Assembly: GCA_965223325.1 (NCBI GenBank)
Contig: CBDCWI010000002.1
Coordinates: 736,001 to 800,000, forward strand
Direction: 5' to 3'
DNA from: Candidatus Multivoradales bacterium
GTDB taxonomy: Bacteria; Acidobacteriota; Thermoanaerobaculia; Multivoradales; Multivoraceae
Length of the DNA stretch: 64,000 nt
Shown here: piece after piece, positions 57,605 through 64,000 of the stretch
Numbering within the stretch: the first letter of the stretch is position 1
Layout: the number at the start of each line of letters is the position of its first letter
Program-made: the position numbers and the translations under genes
The notes under the pieces: model-generated
The model's database searches: none
Told to the model about the DNA's origin: nothing
The model's input: the letters and a program-made list of their open reading frames with translations, nothing else

Positions 57605-58023
57605 GGTGGATGCAGTGTAGGTGGTCACCGCGGTCGCCGGCTGGCCGCCGGCGGACGTCATAGAAGCACCGAGAAGAGGTACCGAGAAGCGCAAGGTCAG
57701 AAGTCCCAGAAACCACACTCATCTGGCAAGAAACGATTAGTTTGCATACATGTATCTCGTCGGCGTGAACCCCCATCCGCAGGGCGTTCCCCCGCCCCGA
57801 GCGACACCGATACGGCACACCGGTCTCGAAAACGACCGCCCAAGGATAAAATTGGTCCGTACACCCCCAGCAAGAGTGACCGCAGGAGTCGCCGCCGCCC
57901 GGCCCGAGCCGGCGTGTGCGCACGGCCTCCCTGCATGCACGCTGGGCACGCCTTCAACGCCGGCACGCGATCGAGTGGATCGTGACGAGAGCACCGGAGG
58001 CGTGCGGAAATAGGAGTTCCCCC

Positions 58024-58323
58024 ATGGAGATTCTTCCTCTCATCATTCAGCTCATCAGTGGTGCTGTCGGTGGCAACATCGCCGGTTCACTGATGAAGAA
58101 CCTCTCGCTCGGCTCACTCGGTAACTCGCTCGCCGGCATCGTTGGTGGCGGCCTGGGCGGCCAGCTGCTCTCGATCCTCGGTGTAGCCACCGCGACCGGT
58201 GGCGTCGACATCGCCTCGATCATTGGCAGCCTTGCCGGTGGCGGCGTTGGCGGCGGTGTGCTGATGGCGATCGTCGGCCTGATCAAGAACCTGCTCGCGG
58301 GATCCAGCCAGGCCGCACGCTAA
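58024..58323 (+). CDS. small glycine-rich membrane protein (conserved hypothetical)
   Basis: AGGAG SD; LIIQLISGAVGGN...GGGVGGGVL glycine zippers. Confidence 0.8.
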   Translation: MEILPLIIQLISGAVGGNIAGSLMKNLSLGSLGNSLAGIVGGGLGGQLLSILGVATATGGVDIASIIGSLAGGGVGGGVLMAIVGLIKNLLAGSSQAAR

Positions 58324-58449
58324 GCGTCGGGTTCAAAGACGATTCGGCGGCGTGCAGCCACACCGCCGAGGCCACGGAGAGGGCTTCCAGAAATGGAAGC
58401 CCTCTTTCTCTTTGACCGGTCGCAACGAGCAACCGAGAGACACACTCGC

Positions 58450-59832
58450 TCAGTCGAGATCGGGAACTGCTTCGAACCAGCCTCCGAGCTCGTGCAGCAA
58501 GCGGAAGCCCAGGGCCAGCAGTCGATCCCCGGCACCGACCTCCACCACGGTCCCTTCCTTGGCGCCGTAGCCACCTTCGGCGGCCGCAGCCAGGGTTGGG
58601 AAGTAGCCGAGCTCGCCGTTCGCATAGCCCACGAACAAGGTTGGCATCAGGCTCTCGCGACGCAGGCGTTGGCCGAACTCGACGAAGAACTCGCCCGGGA
58701 AACTCACCACCCCTACCTGCACGGGCGCCTGGCGACTACCGAGAACCAGCGCCATCACCTCGGCTTGCTGCTCGCGCTCGAAACGCGCCGCATAGTAGGC
58801 CAGAAGGCGCTCGGCGCCGACGCGCTCGTAGGCCGCGACGACGGCAGGGTCGTCGTAGGACCACCGGGCACTCATGGAGATCTCGCGGCGCTCGGCCGCG
58901 AGCGAACCCGGGTCGGCAAACTCGAGCCGTTCGCGCACCGTCAAGACCTCGCGAGCCACGGCTCGCCCCAGCCGCTCGACCTGAAGGAAGGCGCCGTCGG
59001 TCGGCGCGGTCTTGTCCCAGAACGGATTGATATCGCCCGCTGCGCCCTGAAGAAACATCGCCACGCCGCCGATCTCACCTTCGATCGCCGCCTGCATCGC
59101 GCCCGGCCAGTCGGCCGAGATCTCGAGGTTCAGTGGGCCGAGGACCACCGGGTGACAGGGGTAGTTGACGACCGTAGCCAGCGGCTCACCCGAAGTGTCG
59201 TTGATCGCCAGAACCAGGACGGTTTCATCGACCGGCTCGGTCGCGAGACGCCCGCGGTTGCCCCAACGCATCTCGACCGAGCGATCGGGCAGCACGTGGC
59301 GCCGGTTGTGGCACTCACGGACCTTTCCCTCGCCGACCGCCAGGCGAGCGGGGCGCAGTCGCCCTGCCGCCTCAACGATGGCCTCGGCGACCTGTTTCTC
59401 GGTCGCCGTCAGCCAGGCCTCGTGATGGGGGTCGTCGAAGGTCGGGGTGGAGTGACTGTGCGATGCCGAGAGCAAGACGGCGCCCCAGCCGAGTGATTCT
59501 TCAACCAACGTGCGGATGCGCCGGGTCTGGGCCTTTCGAATCGAACCCAGATCGAGACTGACCAGCGCCGCTTCGGTCTCGCCATCGGACAACACCAGGA
59601 CCTTGGCGTACAACCGGTCATGCACTCCCTGGGAAACGGCATCGCCCCGCGCCCCGTAGCCGTACATGCGCCCGCCAACGGGAGGCGTGATGTCGATGGC
59701 GATCGCAGCAGCACGGAGCTCTGCAGCGACACCAGGCGTCTCGACCAGCCAGATCAAGAGCGCAAACAGAGCCGCCCGCACCAGGATCGTCTGCCAGCCG
59801 TCGCTCCAGAGGCACTGGCGCGAAGCCATCAC
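58450..59832 (-). CDS. neutral/alkaline ceramidase N-terminal-domain protein
   Basis: DITPP, VHDRLYA, ASHSHS, NYPCHP, SADWPG, GAAGDINP and PGE.F. Confidence 0.85.
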   Translation of the reverse strand: MMASRQCLWSDGWQTILVRAALFALLIWLVETPGVAAELRAAAIAIDITPPVGGRMYGYGARGDAVSQGVHDRLYAKVLVLSDGETEAALVSLDLGSIRKAQTRRIRTLVEESLGWGAVLLSASHSHSTPTFDDPHHEAWLTATEKQVAEAIVEAAGRLRPARLAVGEGKVRECHNRRHVLPDRSVEMRWGNRGRLATEPVDETVLVLAINDTSGEPLATVVNYPCHPVVLGPLNLEISADWPGAMQAAIEGEIGGVAMFLQGAAGDINPFWDKTAPTDGAFLQVERLGRAVAREVLTVRERLEFADPGSLAAERREISMSARWSYDDPAVVAAYERVGAERLLAYYAARFEREQQAEVMALVLGSRQAPVQVGVVSFPGEFFVEFGQRLRRESLMPTLFVGYANGELGYFPTLAAAAEGGYGAKEGTVVEVGAGDRLLALGFRLLHELGGWFEAVPDLD

Positions 59833-62084
59833 CGCTCTCTTGAGGCCGCGACGCCTGCTTCCCCATCGCGACGCGGGGTCTCGAACGCCTTGAGCAGGAA
59901 GGCGTACTGCTCGGCGGTGTCGCGGTAACGCTTGTAGCGGTCAGAGGCGCCACCGTGGCCGGCTTCCATGTCGGTATCGAGTAGCAGAAGGTTCGAGTCG
60001 ACCCGTTCGGCACGTAGCTTCGCCACCCACTTGGCCGGCTCCCAGTACTGCACCTGCGAGTCGTGCAGGCCAGTAGTCACCAGAAGGTGCGGATAGGCCA
60101 GCGGCCCGACGTTGTCGTACGGCGAATACGACTTCATGTAGTGGTAGAACTCCTCGTCGCGCGGGTCGCCCCACTCATCCCATTCGCCGGTGGTCAGCGG
60201 AATCGACGAGTCGAGCATGGTGGTCACCACGTCAACGAACGGCACCGCGGCGACGACTCCCTGGAAGAGCTCGGGACGCATGTTGATGATCGCCCCCATC
60301 AAGAGGCCGCCGGCGCTACCCCCGCGAGCAAACAGACGGTCTTTCGACGTGTACCCGTTGTCGACCAGATAGTCGGCGACATCGATGAAGTCGGTGAAGG
60401 TGTTCTTCTTGGCGAGCTTCTTGCCGTCCTCGTACCAGGCACGACCGAGCTCCTGACCACCGCGAATGTGCGCGATTGCAAACGAGAAGCCACGATCGAG
60501 CAGACTCACGATGCTCGACCGGAACGAGGCATCGGTGCTCGAGCCGTACGAGCCGTAGGCGTAGAGCAGGAGCGGGCGAGTTCCGTCGCGCTCGAAGTCG
60601 CGCGAATAGACGATCGACACCGGCACCCTGGCGCCGTCGCGCGCCTCGACCCACAGGCGATCGGTGGCGTAGGCCCGAGGGTCGTAGCCGATGACTTCGT
60701 CCTGTTTGAGGAGGGTGCGCTCAGAACTCTCGAAGTCGTGGTCGTAGGTGGTCGGAGGCGTCGTCAGCGAGGTGTACCGATAACGCAGAGGTGCATCGGG
60801 TTCGACGTTGGCGGTCAACCAGACGTCGTAGGCCGGCTCATCGAACTCGATCTGATAGTCGACGCTCTGTCGTTCGGGGGTCCTTCCGAGAACCCGTAGA
60901 CCGAGCAGTCCCTCGCGGCGCTCACTCACGACGATGTGTTCATCAAAGAGCTCGACGCCCTCTAAGAACACGTCGTCGCGGCCCGCGATCTCTTCACGCC
61001 AGTGCTTGCGACCCGGAGTCTCCTCGGGTGCCGAGACGAGGCGAAAGTTCTCGGCCCCATCGTTGGTGCGCAGGTACCAACGGTCACCGATGTGGTCGGC
61101 TTCGTATTCGTGCTCACCCGAGCGCTCGAGCAACACTTTCCACTCACCGGTGGGATCGCTGGCATCAAGGTAGCGGTACTCCGAGCGCAGCGTATGGGTC
61201 GACGCGATGATGATGTAGCGCTTCGATTTCGAGCGCCCGAGCCCCATGTAGTAGGTCTCATCGGGCTCTTCGTAGACCAGCACGTCCTCGGACGGATCAG
61301 TCCCCAGGACGTGACGCAAGACCTGGTACGGGCGCAGAGTCTCTGGGTCCTGGCGCGAGTAGAAGAGCGTCTTGCCGTCGCTCGCCCACTCTGAGCTGCC
61401 GGTGGTCTGCTCGATGCGATCCGGAAAGTCCTCGCCGGTTGCGAGATTGCGCACCTCTAGCGTATAGATCCGCCGCCCGACGTCGTCACGCGCCCAGCTG
61501 ATGTACTGCTGATCGGGACTCGGTTGGATGCCGCGGACCGACAAGTAGCCACCCTCGGTGAGCGCATTGGGGTCGATCATCACTTCTTCGGGACCGTCGA
61601 GTGAGCGCTTGCGGCAGTGAATCGGATAGGGCTTTCCGTCCTCGGTTCGCTGGTAGTACCAGTAGTCGCCACGACGAAAGGGAACCGTCACATCGTCTTG
61701 TCTGATGCGCCCTTTGATTTCCTCGTAGAGCTCGTCTTCGAGCGCGTCGGTATCGGCCAGCATCGCTTCGGTGTAACGGTTCTCGGCTTCGAGGTAGGCG
61801 ATGACCTCGGGGTTGTCACGCTCGCGGAGCCAGTACCAGTCGTCGACCCGTACATCGCCGTGCAGCTCCATCGCATGCGCAATGCGCTTGGCGACCGGCT
61901 CGCTCGTCGCCTCGCCAGCCGGCACGACATCGGTCGTCGAGCCGGCGGTGGTGTTGCGGTCACATCCCGACATGGCGATCAGACACCCCAACAGCAGGGC
62001 CGACACCAGGCCCAGCCGACCTGGACTCTCCAGACTCGTCTTCCAGCGACGATGGGAGACGACAGCTCGATCACGGTTCGACAT
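59829..62084 (-). CDS. ptrB: oligopeptidase B (S9A), lipoprotein-like N-terminus
   Basis: DDWYWLR, YGSYG, RGGQELG, GGSAGG, DSQV.YWEPAKW and AGHGG. Confidence 0.93.
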   Translation of the reverse strand: MSNRDRAVVSHRRWKTSLESPGRLGLVSALLLGCLIAMSGCDRNTTAGSTTDVVPAGEATSEPVAKRIAHAMELHGDVRVDDWYWLRERDNPEVIAYLEAENRYTEAMLADTDALEDELYEEIKGRIRQDDVTVPFRRGDYWYYQRTEDGKPYPIHCRKRSLDGPEEVMIDPNALTEGGYLSVRGIQPSPDQQYISWARDDVGRRIYTLEVRNLATGEDFPDRIEQTTGSSEWASDGKTLFYSRQDPETLRPYQVLRHVLGTDPSEDVLVYEEPDETYYMGLGRSKSKRYIIIASTHTLRSEYRYLDASDPTGEWKVLLERSGEHEYEADHIGDRWYLRTNDGAENFRLVSAPEETPGRKHWREEIAGRDDVFLEGVELFDEHIVVSERREGLLGLRVLGRTPERQSVDYQIEFDEPAYDVWLTANVEPDAPLRYRYTSLTTPPTTYDHDFESSERTLLKQDEVIGYDPRAYATDRLWVEARDGARVPVSIVYSRDFERDGTRPLLLYAYGSYGSSTDASFRSSIVSLLDRGFSFAIAHIRGGQELGRAWYEDGKKLAKKNTFTDFIDVADYLVDNGYTSKDRLFARGGSAGGLLMGAIINMRPELFQGVVAAVPFVDVVTTMLDSSIPLTTGEWDEWGDPRDEEFYHYMKSYSPYDNVGPLAYPHLLVTTGLHDSQVQYWEPAKWVAKLRAERVDSNLLLLDTDMEAGHGGASDRYKRYRDTAEQYAFLLKAFETPRRDGEAGVAASRER

Positions 62085-62259
62085 CGGAGACCTCTACTTT
62101 CATCACAAGACTGGCCACCGGCTGGGGTGCCGGTGCTTTCTTTCTCAGGCAACTGAATCCCTCACGGCAGACTGGGCTGAATCGAGAAGGTGGGGAGCCC
62201 TATCGTAGCGAGACCAGAGGCTCCTGTCGCCTCACCCGAGGTCCCGGCGTCAGCCGGTC

Positions 62260-63276
62260 TCAGGGATCGAGCGTGATCTCTGCCAACTCGAGAAGTCCGT
62301 GCTGGATGACGTAGTCACGCAGCCCGGTGACCTTGCCGTCGACGATCTCGACTCGTATTGCCCACGCAATTGTTTCTTCCGGCTCACCATCTCGCTGGCG
62401 CAGGCAAACCAAGGCGAGTTCCCCATCGACCTGGGCGACGTGTAGTCGCCAACTGCCCTCGAGCTCGGTGTAGTTGACGGTGTAGCGCTCGAAGATGAGC
62501 TCGGAGGTCCCCTCTTCGAGTACTCCGACGACGTCGAGGCGGACATCCTCTGCCAGCAGTTCGGCAAGCTCCGTCCAGTTCCTGGCGTTGAAACACTCCG
62601 CATAGCGCCCGAGCAGCTCGACATCGGCTGCGGTGAGTTCACGGCTCTCTCTAGGACTCTCACTCGCCGACGAGATCCGGCGTAGACGCGCGCGCGCACG
62701 ATGCAACGCCGACTTGACCGCGCCCACCGAGCAACCGAGGATCTCGGCGCTTTCCGCGAGCGTATGGTCGAGCACGTCTTTGAGTAGAAAAACCGCCCGC
62801 TGGCGGGCCGGCAGTTCGAGCACCAGAACCTCGAGCGCGCGCCCTGCCTGTTGGTCGAGAATCACCGACTCTTCAGCGTCGGCCTCGCGTTCGCTCTCAG
62901 ACGGCGACCTCTCGCGAGGGACCTCTTCTCCACTCTCGAAGCGCCGGCGCCGCAGAATGTCGATGCAGCGATTGTGGGCGATCCGAAACAGAAGCGGCGC
63001 CAGCGGTCGCGACGAGTCGACGGTGTCGAGACGAAAGAACGTCGTGGCCAGCGTGTCCTGGACGACATCTTCACCATCGAGGACCGAACCCAGCATGCGA
63101 CTGCAGTAGCGATGCAGCTGCGGCCTTACGGCCTGAGCCTCGCTCAGGAAACGCCCCTGCGGACTCTCAGGGTCGCGGTAGAGAAGCTCAGGGACCTGGT
63201 TTTCTTCGCCTCTCAGATCGGGCGCTGCTTTGGGCTGGTTCATGGGTTGGTGCTCCAACGTTTCGGTGGTGTTCAT
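62260..63276 (-). CDS. ECF sigma-70 factor with C-terminal SnoaL-like domain
   Basis: LHRYCSRMLGS..DGEDVVQ, LFRIAHN, region 4 VKSALHRAR and a SnoaL-like tail. Confidence 0.9.
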   Translation of the reverse strand: MNTTETLEHQPMNQPKAAPDLRGEENQVPELLYRDPESPQGRFLSEAQAVRPQLHRYCSRMLGSVLDGEDVVQDTLATTFFRLDTVDSSRPLAPLLFRIAHNRCIDILRRRRFESGEEVPRERSPSESEREADAEESVILDQQAGRALEVLVLELPARQRAVFLLKDVLDHTLAESAEILGCSVGAVKSALHRARARLRRISSASESPRESRELTAADVELLGRYAECFNARNWTELAELLAEDVRLDVVGVLEEGTSELIFERYTVNYTELEGSWRLHVAQVDGELALVCLRQRDGEPEETIAWAIRVEIVDGKVTGLRDYVIQHGLLELAEITLDP

Positions 63277-63519
63277 GCGGAGTCTGTGGGCCGACGAAGC
63301 GGCCACAGCAGGGCTTATACGCCTGACTACGAACCAAGGGTGTCCCGGGATACGGCACCGACCCTCTTTTCTGGAGTTCGGGAGGTAAAGCGCCGGGTCC
63401 CGCGGTCTCGCGGTCTCGGTTTCGACAACCCGTGTCGAAGCATCGAAGGAAAGCCGCGAGGCGTCACATTTCCGTCCCCGACACGAATCCTCCGACGACA
63501 TCCAGCCGTGAGCTCTACG

Positions 63520-63542
63520 GTAACCCCGGCAGTAACCCCGGC
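63520..63542. repeat. tandem 11-bp direct repeat in the ECF/DinB divergent promoter region
   Basis: GTAACCCCGGC A GTAACCCCGGC. Confidence 0.6.
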
Positions 63543-63594
63543 TGGGTCTTATGACCCTCACTCGAAACAAACAGGTCTAAGGAGGAAAAGAACC

Positions 63595-64000
63595 ATGCAG
63601 CAGCCCGCCAACCACCACGCTCCACCCGTCTCTCCCCGAAGAGCAACCGCCACCCTCTTCCTCTGCCTCGTCGCGATGACCTTCGCGGCCACGAGCCCGG
63701 CGGCCGCAGTCGATGCCACCGCCACCTTGTCCACCGCAGAGCGCGCAGAGCTCATCGAGCTGCTCCAGAGGTCGCAGGCCGAAACTCTCGAGATGCTCGC
63801 CGAGGTCGATAACGATCAGTGGTTCCAACGCCCTCAGGAGGATCGCTGGTCAGTGGCTGAGATTGTCGAGCACCTGGTGCTTGCCGAGGGCGCGGTGCGC
63901 GGCAACGTCACCGCACTCCTCCAGGGCGAGCCGGATCCCGACTGGCAAACTCGCAAAACGCCGAGCCTCGCCGAGATGGTTCGCCTGGGGTCCGATCGGA
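63595..64000 (+). CDS. secreted DinB-family protein (partial)
   Basis: TAAGGAGG SD; signal peptide; manual translation ...QWFQRPQEDRWSVAEIVEHLVLAE. Confidence 0.85.
   Translation, partial: MQQPANHHAPPVSPRRATATLFLCLVAMTFAATSPAAAVDATATLSTAERAELIELLQRSQAETLEMLAEVDNDQWFQRPQEDRWSVAEIVEHLVLAEGAVRGNVTALLQGEPDPDWQTRKTPSLAEMVRLGSDR

Noticed and set aside
57605-58023. Possible sRNA or Ada box in the alkA divergent intergenic region
   Set aside because: An AT-rich patch near 57730-57760 fits ordinary promoter DNA; I found no convincing stems or recognisable box.

Overview
High-GC bacterial chromosomal segment of about 50 mostly housekeeping or catabolic genes. The abundance of secreted beta-propellers and hydrolases and the C-terminal FxDGFExG tails suggest Acidobacteriota (Thermoanaerobaculia-like); this is inference. 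Recognisable genes include HIT, an M24 peptidase, a Kef-type antiporter, CrcB, three acyl-CoA dehydrogenases, a PrdX-like deacylase, a sulfatase, a NupG-like MFS, tryptophanase, RNase E, MscS, a FadB/PimF-like enzyme, S10 and S9 peptidases, Ada/AlkA plus Ogt, and an ECF sigma factor. I saw no rRNA, tRNA or CRISPR array. Main signals: (1) an unannotated, independently transcribed, highly structured minus-strand RNA of about 400 nt at 40136-40538, convergent with rne, with a near-consensus sigma70 promoter, a terminator, an extended Shine-Dalgarno (12 contiguous nt complementary to the 16S 3' end) and a 14-aa micro-ORF locked in a long hairpin; (2) a Y1/HUH (RAYT-like) transposase bracketed by 37-bp imperfect terminal inverted repeats with subterminal copies (48902-50320); (3) a debris-rich insertion site at 12.9-15.0 kb holding a shattered S9 peptidase, an IS3 scar, a 13-bp direct repeat and a lower-GC membrane gene; (4) several unusual secreted enzymes (Tat-exported pentein, SGNH-sialidase fusion, large alpha/beta hydrolase with a Cys-rich tail). 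All assignments come from motif recognition by eye; no searches were run.
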